Below, piece by piece: positions 1-18,022 of a stretch of DNA of 64,000 bases; the stretch's first letter is position 1, and every line of letters begins with the position of its first letter. A program made the position numbers and the translations under genes. The notes under the pieces were generated by a model. The model saw only the letters and a program-made list of their open reading frames with translations, did no database searches and was not told where the DNA came from. Source of the stretch: the human T2T-CHM13v2.0 reference genome, Homo sapiens; the NCBI RefSeq assembly GCF_009914755.1, contig NC_060925.1, one strand, 5' to 3'.

Positions 1-1333
1 TGATTTACTTGGTGAGAATGCCCCTAGACTGGGCAAATCTAAGGCCAGGGCCCTGAAGCGGGCCACCTGTTTTGCACAGACTACTCACCTGCAAGCACTT
101 AAGACAGGCTTGTGGCCCAGAGGTAAGAGCAGAGCCCTCCTCTCATGACCCTACTAGGCCTGGCTGTTTGTCAGTGGCTCTGTCCTTTGGGGATAATCAG
201 AGTTCCAGCTGCCTGTGCCATGGGGAACAGGGTGTGGCTGGTTCCAGTACACAGGCAGAATAGGGCATACCATCTCCAAGCAGCAGGGGCTGTAGGATTC
301 CCACCTTAGTTGCCTTGCAGGGAATGTCTTGGTCCAGCAGAAGAGACAGAATGGGGAGGGCTTGCCCTCCACTTGGCCCAGTTATCTCTTCCCGATTTAT
401 CCATAGATTGAGCTTGATGATCCAGACTCATATTCATTCAACTAATCACATGAGTTATTTCTGCAATTTGGGTCTTCAAATAAGTACACTTGGTTGCTGA
501 ATATGTGATCAGCCACAGATTTCTTATTCTTTAAAACTCAGGGAGCGGAAATGCCAACGTATAAAGCCATCAGCACGAGGCAGAGATTTCCAAAGCACTA
601 AAATCACACCATTCAAAGTGCTGGCCCCTGGACTTACCGTCAAGCTGCCACTTGGCCCATCAGTGCTCTGTGCAGAGCCCAGGTAGGGGGGCTTTATCTG
701 TAAAACCCAGGGAGGAAGGCAATCAATACGTAATCTTTTCACATTCTTTTTACTTAACAAGAGAATTGGTTTGCCTCTGAAGTAACTTGATCTGGAGGAG
801 AAAATGCATTTGAGGGCTTTTAAAGGGTGCAGACCAACTGGGAAAGGCTACTTCAGGCCTTGAGGTTGGGAAGGTCAGCTTCTGTTCTGCTCTGAGCTTT
901 GCTGTAACCTTGAACAACTTCGCCTCTTCCTCCTTATCATCAGGGTCCCTGGTACAATGAACCAGCCACTGGACAGGACTTACCATTCATTCATTTGTTC
1001 ATTCAGTGAGCCACTGTTGAACCGCTACAGAAATCCAAGTAGTGGATTAGGCCCTGGAGATTTCAGAGATAAACCCGACCTGGATCTGCATTTACATTGC
1101 TTGTAATTGTCAAATGGAAGACAGCTGCAAACAGTTAAGATGCAGGCGTGGGAAACAAATATTGGGAGTAGAAAGGAAGGGCCTGTAGCCTCTGTTTAGT
1201 CACTCTATGAGGAACTGCCTGGGGCAAGGATTGTGGCTTCTGTTCCTATCTGGGGGAGGCTGGGATGGACCCCCAGGATGGACCCTGTCAGAAGTCATGA
1301 ACTGGCTGTAGGAGAGCAGCTGTTTGCTCCTTT

Positions 1334-2579
<1,246 letters not shown>

Positions 2580-2588
2580 ACTCAGAGA

Positions 2589-2797
2589 CCTGATGCAGAA
2601 CACGGAGGAGGCAGTAAGACCGGCTAAGCTAGGTGAGTTTAGGAAAGTCCAGCAGGGCCACCTACTTATTTTGCAGTCATAAAAACAGCAGCTCCAGGCC
2701 CTCAATGCTGGCATGTAGTAGGTACTCAATAAATGTCTGCAGAAGCAATGAATGAGTCCTGTCAAAAGTAACAGTACTGAATCAAACCAGTGTTCTG
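2589..2797. repeat. 209 bp direct repeat, copy 1 (partner 5329-5537); contains an L2 3'-end-like fragment
   Basis: Manual alignment: 19 substitutions in 209 nt (~91%). Confidence 0.96.
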
Positions 2798-3057
2798 GGA
2801 GGCAGGCACGCAGATGTTTCTTGTCCACCCTAACTCTCCAGCTCCAAAGCCCATGCTCTTACCCAGGGCTCTGTGAGCCCTATTCAGTTGTGTTAATCAG
2901 ATGTGGCTGCATTGCCTCCCCGCCGTCTTGGTTACAGTAAATGTCCTTTAAGTTGCAAGGGCCTGGGGTGGCAGGGGTAGAGGAATGCATGAAGATTCCT
3001 CACCAATGCCTGATACTGTCAGTCTTCGTAACGTTAGCCTTTCTAGCAGAAGGAAAC

Positions 3058-3385
<328 letters not shown>

Positions 3386-3529
3386 TGGAAACACTATATT
3401 CTTGTTGAGCCCCTGGAAGTTTATTTATATACTCATTCTGCATTTTTGTTCAATCCATACTCTGCTAAGCACTGGAGAAAACAGAGGTGAGTAATCATTG
3501 CTGTTCTCCCACTGGCATGGGTCAGACAG

Positions 3530-3705
3530 CTGGGGTGGGAATCCTGCTCTGCCACTTCCTAGATTTATTGACCTTGGGTAAATTAATCTCACTGAGCCTC
3601 TGTTTCCACATCTGTAAGATGGGGTTGGTACCTCAAACAAGTGTTGAGAAGATGAACTGCAATGTCATATGTAAAAGCCTGGCCTGCCCAGGCATTCAGT
3701 AAATG
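3530..3705. mobile_element. MIR-like SINE fragment
   Basis: gaccttgggtaaattaatctcactgagcctctgtttccacatctgtaagatggg resembles the MIR core. Confidence 0.7.
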
Positions 3706-4302
3706 TTCACTGTGCTTGTTGTTGTTCATTCATCTTGCCTGCTGGCTGACAAATGGTAACAGGCACCAAAGGTTTAAGAAAGCTGTGTCAGAACAGACCT
3801 TAATAATAATAGTTGCTAACATTTATTGAACATGTACTGTGTGCCAAGTGCTATTCTAAGTACCTTTTATAGATTACTATTAATATTAAAAATCCTATTG
3901 ATTTCTGTAATTTTTTACAGAGTGGGGAAAGGCTACTATGGTTTGATTTTCATGGAAACACTTGGTTGTAAATTGCGGGGACCCAGTGGCTTTCTGGAAG
4001 CATGATTCTAGAACCTCAGAGGTAGCAGGATAGGAAATAGCGAGATAGACTTTCCCTTGTCGTGGCTGCTCAGTGACCTTCAAGTACCTGCTGCTGCCCT
4101 TTGTTCAGAACCTGAAGGCTGATGACTTAGTAAAGATGAAAACAATGAATTCTTAAAGAAAGGTCAAGGTTGAGTATAGTTGATGGGACCCTGGGTGAGT
4201 GGTTTCTTACTTGGACTCTTGCGTTGGCAGCTGTGGTCTTAGGGAAGGTCTCTCCCCTCTCTAGGCCTCGGGGTCCTCACTTGTTTGGAAGGCTGAACTC
4301 AT

Positions 4303-4715
4303 TGTATCAACTAACGGTTGCTGTGTAACAAACCACCCTGAAACTTAATGGCTTAAACAAAGACCATTTATTATTTCTTGAGTCTGTGGGTCTTAGCTAG
4401 GCCAGGATTGGTCTAGGATGGCTTTGGTTAGATGACTCAGCTCTGTTCCATGTGGACCTGGACTTCTCTCATGGCAGAGATAGGGTCCAAAAGAACAGAC
4501 AGAAGCACACAGTCTCTTAAGACCTAGGCTCAGAACTGGCACACAGTCACTTCCTCTGCATCCTGTTGGTCAGAGTAAGTTAATTGGCCAGCCTGGACAC
4601 AAGGAGTGAAGAGAGAGACTCCATCTCTTGATGGGAACAACCGCTAAGTCTCATGGCCAAAGTCAGGGCTACAGGGAGAAGTAGGACACCAGGAACATTT
4701 TTGCCTTCTATCACA
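4303..4715 (-). mobile_element. ERVL-MaLR LTR (MLT1 family)
   Basis: tgtatcaacta...gctgtgtaacaaaccaccctgaaacttaatggcttaaacaa is the reverse complement of an MLT1 LTR end. Confidence 0.7.
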
Positions 4716-4974
4716 CCAGACTCCTTCCCACTCAGACATCTCTAAAGTCAAATCGCTCATGGATGGGTCAGTGTGGGAGAAAGAAGTTGAATTCTCATCT
4801 CCTCAGGCCAAAGCTGGACATGCCTTTCCTGGGTTTGAGATAAATGGACCAGATACCTGGTCCCTGTTGGTGCTGAGCTCAGCTCCGTTTGATCAAAAGG
4901 ACAGAACTAAAGGACATATTTTTATTGAAGCACTCATTCTGCATGTATTGAGCACCACTGTGTGCCAGGCCCTG

Positions 4975-5023
4975 CTCCCTGCGGCCCCGCCCCTCCTCCC
5001 TGCGGCCCCGCCCCTCCCCTGCG
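4975..5023. repeat. 21 bp tandem repeat x2.3 (ctccctgcggccccgcccctc) with two GC boxes
   Basis: Exact units at 4975-4995 and 4996-5016, each containing CCCCGCCCC. Confidence 0.9.
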
Positions 5024-5328
5024 TGCTGCAAGCCTGCCCCGGGCCCCACTTCCTCCCCTCCTCCGTGGGTGCGCAGCCCAGGCCACTGCTTGTCTTGGTG
5101 GGAGGAAGTGATCAGTCTTTGCAAGCCGTGCTGTCCTGTGTGTGAAAGAGGATACTTTCTTTATTTTACTAAAAGATTCCTTTCATTCAGATCATGAGAC
5201 AGAATTGGGAAATTTAAAAATTTGGTCTTTAAGAAGAGATGTGTAAACAGCTTTCAGGAATGTTTGTTTAAATGGACTCACAGTGAGTGTGTCAGGGAGC
5301 GCCATCCCTCTGCCCAGGCCCTGCTCAT

Positions 5329-5537
5329 CCTGATGCAGACCACAGAGGAGGCGACAAGACCAGCTAAGCTGGGTGAGTTTAGGAAAGTCCAGCAGGGCCA
5401 CCTACTTATTTTGCAGTCATAACAACAGCAGCTCCAGGCCCTCAATGTTGGCATATAGTAGGTGCTAAATAAATGTCTGCAGAAGTAATGAATGAATCTT
5501 GTGGAAAGTAACAGTACTGGATCAAACCAGCGTTCTG
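5329..5537. repeat. 209 bp direct repeat, copy 2 (partner 2589-2797)
   Basis: Same alignment. Confidence 0.96.
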
Positions 5538-5939
5538 CTATGCTCGGCCGGCGTCTTGGCAGGGGAGCTCTTTTGTCTGGCTCCCCACGTCTAACCTCCA
5601 GTTATAGAAGACATTTTTGGGTGGTTTGCACATACTAACGTGCCCGTTAGGCACCTTGTTGATTTCACTTGCTGTAAAGCCCCTGGGGAAGCCCCTGGGT
5701 GGGCTGCTCTCAGGGAGGGTCTGGAGAGGAGATGGGCCACTTATGGAGCTTTCCACAGCAGCCCCAGCCTAGCAGAAGAAGTGAGTGAGCACATAGGCTC
5801 ATGCTGGTAATCTGGGGCGGCTTCCTGGGAGAAGGGGCCTTGGCCTGTTGGGAGGGTTTGTAAAGGTGGCAGAAAGGTGAGCTATCCTGATGGTTCTAGC
5901 ATGTTTAGAGGTCTTTGTGAAACTGCTTACCTGTCTTGA

Positions 5940-6277
5940 GTCCCTTCTCCTTGAGCAGTAAATGCCACCTACAATCCAAGGCATGGAGGACAGCCATTCA
6001 AACCGCCTTTCACTTCTCGAATAGGAAAACCTACTCTCTCCCTGATGATCTTCCACCCCCTTCAACCCTCCCTGGCTTAGTGCCCTGGGGTGACTTTCAG
6101 CCTAGTAGGTCTTAGGCTCCTGCATGGCGGTGGGCATCGGCTGTGTCTCATCCCTGCAGATCTGTGGATTCCCACGGTCCCTGGGGCTGGGCTCAGGAAA
6201 ATGCAAGTGCCAAGACCCCAGCTGGAATGGAATGAAATTTACCAGGGACTTTCTCAGATACTTTCCAAGCCAGTGGC
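5940..6277. repeat. 338 bp inverted repeat, right arm (partner 2242-2579)
   Basis: Same alignment. ORFs 2112..2429(-) and 6090..6284(+) translate near-identically. Confidence 0.97.
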
Positions 6278-6384
6278 CTTTTGATATTGACTTGGGATTA
6301 AACTCCCCACTGCCTCAGATACTAGGATCATCTATGCAGTTGTCCAATATTTTATATTTTAGAAATACTTTGATATGAATCTTC

Positions 6385-6560
6385 TTGCATAATCCTTCTA
6401 ACCTTACCCCTTTGAGGCTGGCCAGAGTTAGGAACTAGTCTTCCCATTTTCCCATTACAGATGGGGAAACTGAGGTCATTACAGATGAGGTAAATAACTT
6501 GCCTGGGGTCACACAGGCCTCCTGCCTGCCTCTCAGTCCAGTGCTCTTTCTACTATATGT
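6385..6560. mobile_element. MIR-like SINE fragment
   Basis: cccattacagatggggaaactgagg...taacttgcctggggtcacacag. Confidence 0.7.
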
Positions 6561-9147
6561 CATGTCCTCTCATAATGAGGTGGGGGTGGGGAACAAGGAG
6601 ATGGAGGGATGTGTTGGGTGCTTTTGTGTTACCACATTGCACCCTCATCACAGTCAGGTGAGATGGTGCCATACCCACTTTATAGATGAGGAAACAGACC
6701 CAGGTAAGCTGAGTGATTTGCCCAGCATAAGCATACCAAATGGCAAAGCAAAATTCATACGCAGGTTTTGAGTCTCCACAGCAGCAGGCAGAGACCTACT
6801 TTCTAGAAAGAGTTTATTAGGGTCCAGTCTAGTGGGTGAAACAGATAAGCAGGACACGACAGTGCACAATCTAGGCACTGGCTCTTGAAAGCAGCTCTCT
6901 GGAGGCTGGAACTATTTTGCTAGAGGTGTTTGGATGCTGCTGTCTAACCCGAGACATGGAGTTTATATAGGACTGTTGGGCCCTAAGCTTTCCTGATTCA
7001 TATGAGGTCTGAAAAGAGGCCCATGGATGTGCCTCATCTCCGGCCTCTGTTCAGACTAGGGTACACAGACACATAAATCGTTATAATGCAGCCTGCACAG
7101 GTGATCAGAGGGCCATGGAGAAGGCATTCCTTGGGCTCAGTTTAACACAGCACCAGAGTTTGGACTTCGCTGGGCCCAGTGTCTGCTCTTTGCTGCCGGG
7201 AACCAAGGCTCCAGGTTCCTCATGCACTTGCAAGTGACTGGAGCTTCCGAGGGAGTTAAATCAACCTTCGTGTTTCCTGTAGCCCCTCCTCAAATAGACA
7301 CACCAGCTGGCATTTTTCCTTAAATACCACTCATTTTTAAAAGGGGAAAAAAATGTTGGTGGCGTTGAAATAGATCACACTTTAAAATGCAGCGTAGCAG
7401 AGAGTCAGTTCAAATTATTCTCTTAATAGAGTTCTTCAGAGTGAGGAAGTGATGAGGGAACATAATCACTTCTTTTGTCATATGGGCGAAATCTGAGGAC
7501 TGCGATTCATTTGTCTGCAAATGTGTCTCTTCGGTACAAATTGCAGCAAGCAATCCATTCCCAGGGTAAATGGTCTTTAATTAAAGTCAGTCAGTTGTCT
7601 TGGATGGTTAGGGGAGGAGAGGGGTTTGAAGCACAAACTAATACACACTTTTATCCCTTCAAAAATAAAAAAGAATATATTTCTAAGTGACATTGACTCC
7701 TTGATTTGATAATTAGGGAAAAGCTTTGTTTATAAGTAAAACTATTCTGGCTCTTATTCATGAATAAAAATGTTTGCAGTAAGGCCTCTGAGAAGCAGTA
7801 GAAGAATTTCTGTACCAACCCTGGTAAAAATGCATCCTCAAGCATTGATTTTTGTAGCTGAAGTGCATTATGTGTTCTGCATGAGCTTTTGAAAGCTTAG
7901 ATAAATGAGGTGGCTCAGAAAGCAGATAAAAAAAATGGGAGGAAATTATACCGATCCAAAAGAAGATAAATGTCCACTAATTCTCAGATTAACATTTTAG
8001 ACTCCTGTGTTTTTATAGGGGAATTTTTGCAATGCTGATAATGTGAGATTGGTTTACAATGTCACATACCAGGTAGAATCAATGAAGCTTTGTTCGAGCT
8101 CTCAGAGTCAGCTACACTCTAAAGGAAGTGGAGTTAATGCCACAAGCTGGTGGTACCCTGGCTCCCACCTGTATTAAGTGCTAGCACTACACCTAAGATG
8201 ACATATTTTAAGGGTGACATTGACCCTCAAGGTCAACTATGTTAGTCTGCACTCTCCAGTTTGCAAGATGCAAAAAAACTCAAGCCCATTTAAGTTCAAT
8301 TTACTAGATCACTTGATTGAAAGTCACTAGGATTAGACTTCAGGCACAGCTTGATCCACGTCTCAAATGAAGACGGACACTCTGTTTATTTCTCTTCCCT
8401 GTGGCCTGTTTTCACTGTCTTCATTCTCAGGTTGTTCTTCCTTGATGTGAACAAGCTGGTACAACAACTTTAGCCTGCCCAACCTGTGTCTGGTGCAGAA
8501 GAGCTAGTGCCACTCTGTTTCAGTTTAAGCCCAAAATTAGTGCTGGTGAGCTTTAATTGGGCCCATGGCTCTGCCTATCCCTAACTCATCCTCATGTCCA
8601 GAGGGATGAAAGGGCTGGACTGACCAAGGCCTAGGTCACATGATCATTCCCATTGCTGGGGTCAAGGCAGTTCTACCTCAAGCAGAACATGGACTAGGAG
8701 TTGGGAAGGAGGGGAGGTGTAGAAGGTGATTCAGGGACCCGTCAACTAGAGAAAGTATAGGTGGATGCTGGGCTGTGAAACCCTAGATTTCTGCCACATC
8801 AGCCTTTCACTCCTTCTCTCAACGAATACCTAAGCACTCACAACAGACTTTGTGGACCTAGGTGTGAAAGTTACTGTGGTGAACAGAAAGGTCCAGGCTC
8901 TGCCCTCAGAGAGCATCTAGCTGGTCTTGTGCCAGGGCTTGAACCATGCCATGGTCTTTCAGCTGACTAGATGTCTTTACTGAGCACCTACTATGTGCCA
9001 AGCCCTGGAAACAGAAAGATGAGGAAAGCCAGGGCCTCTCCCTTGAGCAGTATAGAGCAGAAGAACGATGGTGGTTTCAGGAGAGCCTGAGGCACTAAGG
9101 ATGCTAGCACTTCACATCTTTCTCTGCTACTGTTCATTTTATCTGGT

Positions 9148-10017
<870 letters not shown>

Positions 10018-10534
10018 TAATCCCAATTGGAATCAATAGCTTTACCCTTTCTAAATTTTTAAATCCACTGTATTAAAGTTTAATTTAATGCAATAAAATG
10101 TATTTCAACACCACTAAAATCAAGGTACTGAACATTTTTATATCTAAAAGTTTCCTCAGGCCCCTTTGCCATTCATCCTTCCTCAGCTTCTGGCCTAGGC
10201 AATCACCAATCTGCTGTCACTCTAAATTAGCCTGAGCCTTCTAGAGTTCCTTAGAATCACACAGTGTGTATTCTTGTGTCTGGTTCCTTCACTCATCAGG
10301 TTTTTGGGGTTCCTCCATGGTGTTTTGTCTGTCCATAGTTGCTCCTGTGTATTGTCGAGTAGTATTCCGTCATATGGATATGCTATGGTTTATTTTTTCC
10401 ATTTGGCAATTGATTTGTTTCCAGTTTGAGGCTATTAAAAATAATGCCGCTTTGAACATTCACAAGCAGTTTTCATGTGGATGTATGTGTTCATTTTTCT
10501 TAGGTATATACCCAAAAGTGGAATTGTTGGGTCA

Positions 10535-10868
<334 letters not shown>

Positions 10869-10915
10869 AGAGAATTTGCCAAATTGTCTTTTTCAAAGCA
10901 GATGTACCATTTTCC

Positions 10916-11315
<400 letters not shown>

Positions 11316-11335
11316 TGATATCACACTATAGCTTT

Positions 11336-11340
<5 letters not shown>

Positions 11341-11370
<30 letters not shown>
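11341..11370. repeat. (CA)15 microsatellite
   Basis: Perfect dinucleotide run. Confidence 0.98.
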
Positions 11371-11373
<3 letters not shown>

Positions 11374-12230
11374 CCATTCCCCCATTCTTTCCATTATAGT
11401 TACATCAAAATATTGGTTGTTCGGGGTGTAACTTCCTATGGCTGTGTACACACTCTTCATGGCTGATTCTCATATAGTATGATTTCCTTCCCTTTCCTAA
11501 GTAACTGTTTGTTTTCTGTAGAGTTAATAATCGTCGTGTTTGTTTGATGCTTAGTTTGTCACATGTTTATCACTTCTTAACTCCATGGTCCCCACTACCT
11601 GTGTAAACCTCCTCACAGTGTGTCCCAGCGCATTAGGTGGTACGTCAGCTTCATCCTCTTGAAGACGTCTCTCCTGGAGGCTTCTGACCTGTCTTGTTCT
11701 GGACAGTTGACTCTCTGCCTGCTGCACAGCTGCTGTCCCTGGGATATTTTTACCTCTCTCTTATTCATTTTGTTTTTAAATAATTTTGTTGACACATAAT
11801 TTACATTGCCATAAAAGGTTGCCAATTGTAATGTACTATTCAGTAGGTTTCAGTATATTTACAGCATTGTATAAACATCATCAGAATGTTTCCATCACCT
11901 AAAAAGAAACTTTGTGCCCATCACAGTCGCTTCCCATTTCCACTGCCATCCCCAGGCAGCCAGTAATCCTCCCTCAGTCTCTATATATTTGCCTTTTTTG
12001 GATGTTTCATAAAAATGGAAGCAAAAACCTGTGGTCTTTTGTATCTGACTTCTTTCACTGAGCATAAGTTTTTTAAGGTTCATCCACATTGTAGCATGCA
12101 TCAATATTTCATTTCTTTACATTGATGAATAATTCATTATAAATCTACCACATCTTATTTATTCATTTATCAGTTGATGGACATTTGGGTTGTTTCCACT
12201 TTTTGGCTACTATGAATAATGCTGCTATGA

Positions 12231-13065
<835 letters not shown>

Positions 13066-13118
13066 CTACATTTTTATTATTGCCATTCTAGTGGGTGGAA
13101 AGTGATATCTCATTGTTA

Positions 13119-13422
13119 TTTTGTTTGTTTGTTTGTTTGTTTGAGACAGTTTCACTCTGTCACCTAGGCTGGAATAGAGTGGCGCAATCCTGGCTTAGTG
13201 CAACCTCCGCCTCCCAGGTTCAAGCGATTCTCCTGCCCCAGCCTCCTGAGTAGCTGGTATTACAGGCACCCACCACCATACCTGGCTAATTTTTGTGTTT
13301 TTAGTAGAGACAGAGTTTTGCCATGTTGGCCAGGCTGATCTCAAACTCCAGACCTCAAGTGATCCACCTGCCTCAGCCTCCCAGAGTGCTGGGATTACTG
13401 GCACGAGCCACAGTGCCTGGCC
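13119..13422 (-). mobile_element. Alu (AluS-type) with (TTTG)n tail
   Basis: Antisense dimer. Confidence 0.92.
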
Positions 13423-13544
13423 TCGTAGTGGTTTTGATTTGCATTTCCCTAATGTCTAATGATGTTAAACATCTTTTCATGTGCTTTTTCATCCTTTGTG
13501 TGTTGTCTTTAGAGAAATGTATATTCAAATATATATTCAAATCC

Positions 13545-13850
<306 letters not shown>

Positions 13851-14504
13851 GCCCATATTTTAATTGGGTAGTTTATTGTTGAGCTGTAGAAGTTCTCCGT
13901 TTGTTCTGGATACCAGTTCTCTATGGGACATATGATTTGCAAGTATTCTCTTCCATTCTGTGGGTTATCTTTTCTCTTTCTTGATGGAATAGTTTTCAGC
14001 ACCAAAGTTTTTAGTTTGATGTAGTCCAGTGTATCGATTTTTTTCTTTTGTTACTTGTACTTTTGACGTCTAAGAATCCATTGCCTTACCCAAGGTCATG
14101 AACATAATTCCTGTGTTTTCTTCTAGAAGTGTTATAGTTTTAGCTATTACTTTTAGGCCATGACTCATTTCGAGTTTATTTGGGGTTGTGGTGTGAGGTA
14201 GGACTCCAGCTTCATTCTTTTGCATGTGGATATCCAATTGTTCCAGCACAATTTTTTGAAAAGACTGTTCTTTTCCGATTGAGTTGTCTTAGCATCCTTG
14301 TCAAAACTTAGTTGAGCATAGTATCAGGTATTATTTCTGGACTCTCGATTTCATTGATCTATGTCTATTTTTATGCCAGTATCACACTGTCTTGATTATT
14401 GTAGCTTTGTAGTTTTTAAAACACGAAATGTGAGTACTCCATCTTTGTTCTTTTTCAAGGTTGTTTGGCCTATTCTGGGTCCCTTATATTTATTTCCATA
14501 TGAA

Positions 14505-14607
14505 TTTTTTTTACAAGGTTCTTGCTGTGCTGCCCAGGCTTGTCTCAAACTCCTAGCTTCAAGCAATCCTTCATTCTTAGCCCCCCAGAGTGCTGCGATT
14601 ACAGGTG
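14505..14607 (-). mobile_element. Alu monomer (FLAM-like)
   Basis: tgctgcccaggcttgtctcaaactcctagcttcaagcaatcct...gtgctgcgattacaggtg. Confidence 0.75.
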
Positions 14608-15249
14608 TAATCTCAGTTTCCATATTAATTTTGGGATCAGCTTGTCAACTTCTGCGAAAAAGCCAGTTGGGATTTTGATAGGGATTACACTGAATTTATA
14701 GATCAATTTGAGGAATATTGCCATTTTAATAATACTAAGTTTTCCGGTTCATGAATATGAAATGTCTTTCCATTTATTTAGATCTTCTTTAATTTCCCTC
14801 AACAATATTTTATAGTTTAGTGTATACAAATTTTGCAATTATTTTGTTAAATTTATACCTAAGTATTTTATTCCTTTTTGATGCTTTGTAAATGGAATTG
14901 TCTTCTTAATTTCCATTTTGGAATGTTCATTGCTAGTATATAAAATTACAATTGATGTATCCTACAACCTTGCTGAACTCATTCATCAGTTGTAATGGTG
15001 TTTTAGTAGATTCCGTAGGATTTTTCATTTACAAGATGTGTCATCTGCAAACAGATCGTTTTACTTCCTTCTTTCTAATATGGATGCCTTTTATTTCTCT
15101 CTCTTGCCCAGTTGCTCTGTTTAGAACCTCCATTACAAGGTTAAATAGAAGTGGATATCCTTGTTTATTCCTGATCCTGGGGGAAAGCTTTTGGCCTTTC
15201 CCCATAAGTGTGATGTGAGCTGTGAATCTCTCTCATTTTCCATCCCCTA

Positions 15250-16090
15250 TTTGCTGGTTCCTTTGTCTCTTTCTTGGTCAGCACCATCCAGTAGCTTCCT
15301 GGAAAAGTGTGCATAGGGGAGGGGTAAAATATTTGAGATTTTTGAAAACTGAAACTCTATTCTACTCTCACGCTTAATCGATAATTAGGCTGAATAAAGA
15401 ATTATAAGATGGAAGTCATTTTCCCTCTGAATTTTGAAACTGATCCATTGCTTCTAGCTTCTGACATTCCGGATGAGAAACCTGATGCCATTTTGATATC
15501 TCGTCATTTGTATGTGAACTGTCTTTTCCCTGGAAGCTTATAGGGCGTACTCTTTGTCCTCAATGTTCTGAAATTTCATGACGATATACCTCAGTGTAGG
15601 TCTCTTTTCATTCATTGTGCTGGGAAATTAATGGACCTTCTCAGTCTAGAAATCCATGCCTTCAGTTCTGGGACACCTTGAATGATTTCTTTGATTATTT
15701 CCTTCCACCGATTTTTCTGTTTCTGGAATTCCTACATTTTTTAGTTAGATCCCTGAGCTGGTCCTCCAATTTATCTTCTGTTTTCTATCTGTCTCTTCAT
15801 TTTTGGTTCTACTCTACAAAATTTCCTCAAGTTTGTCTTCCAACTCTTTTATTGAGTTTGCATTTCTGCTGTCAGACTGTGTATTTATTTCCAAGAGCTC
15901 CATTTTATTTTGTGAATGTTCTTTTGTTGAGCATTCTGTTCTTGTCTCACAGACGCACCATTTTCTTTAGTCTCTGATGATATTTTGTTTTTGAAGTTTT
16001 CTTCTTCCTGCAGAGTCTCTGTGTCCTTCCAGTTACCTTTCCTGTTTGTGTATTTGTCCATCTCTCGTGTTAGGTTTCCCTTAAATGTTT
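15250..16090. mobile_element. Probable ancient L1ME-type fragment
   Basis: T-rich degenerate text (tccattgcttctagcttctg...gatgagaaacctgatgccattttgat) resembling old L1M. Confidence 0.5.
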
Positions 16091-16308
16091 GTGGCTCCTT
16101 GGCTGTGTCTTCAAGTTAAATGTGGGGCAGAAGAGAAGATGGTTGTGGATCTGTGTGGTGAGTGGGCTCTGCTGACTGATAATCCCAGTAGGATAATCCA
16201 ATGGGAACTCAATATAGGTGTTTGTTCTCTAGAGCTAGTCTGGTTCTGCATAGAAAATGTTTTCATTCTCCTACCTAGCAAATGGACTCCTGATCACAGC
16301 CTTCTGAT

Positions 16309-16460
16309 TGTGACCTGTCTTTTCTGTGGAAGCTTGTAGGGCGTACTCTTTGTCCTCAATGTTTCATGACATATATACCTCAGTGTAGTATTTCATGACA
16401 ATATACCTCAGTGTAGGTCTCTTTTCATTCACTGTGCCGGGAAATTAATGGACCTTCTGA
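16309..16460. repeat. Direct copy of 15513-15641 with an internal ~27 bp tandem duplication, flanked by ccttctga repeats
   Basis: Seen by alignment; ccttctga at 16300-16307 and 16453-16460. Confidence 0.92.
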
Positions 16461-17249
16461 GATCCATGTGGGCAAGAGGGCAAAGGTGGGCAATCCAAAA
16501 ATCTTCACTTACCGCCTCTGCTCCCAGGATGGCACCCTGTGCCTCAGCCAGGCATCAAGAGGCCCTCTGTCGTACTCCTTTCTGAGACTCTGCCTCTGGT
16601 TTTCTGCTGGGATGAGAGGAAACATTTTCTTGGCAGAAGTAGGAAGAGAATCTAGGGATCTTACTGCCTTTAGGCTGACTTGCAACAAGCCCTCCTCTTA
16701 TTTCACTTCCAGAGATACCTGGTGTTGCCACCAATCCCAGAGCCTTTGGGGTTTTCTAGCACAAACCTGAGTGCCTGTTTGCTTGCATCATCATGGCTTA
16801 GGGTTCGGCTTTCTTGGCTTTGCTGAGTCAGCACTCCACATCTCTTTCCCAGCTGCCAAACTTTGTTACTATCATCTTCTTCCCTGGTTGTTCTATCTTT
16901 GTGGATTGATGCATTATTTAAAAAATTATACCGTTGTCTTAGTGGAGTTTCTGGGTGGAAATAGGGCTAGTGCATTCATTGAACTCACAATCTTTAACCA
17001 CGATCTCTGGCTCTTCTGTTGGGTTCCCTGAGCCTCAACATCATCATCTGTAGAGTGGGACAAAAGATCCCTTTCCTGATGTCTGCCCAGGAGACTTTGT
17101 GAAGATTAGATGGGTTTTTGCATAAAGATTTACCATTCAAACAGCGGGATGTATGACTGTCTGTTCTAAGTGGTGCTTGGACTAAAGGATTGAGGGGTAC
17201 CCTCTAGAGGCTGGGACTGGAGAAAAGGCCAGCCTGGGCTGCGGGATAC

Positions 17250-18022
<773 letters not shown>

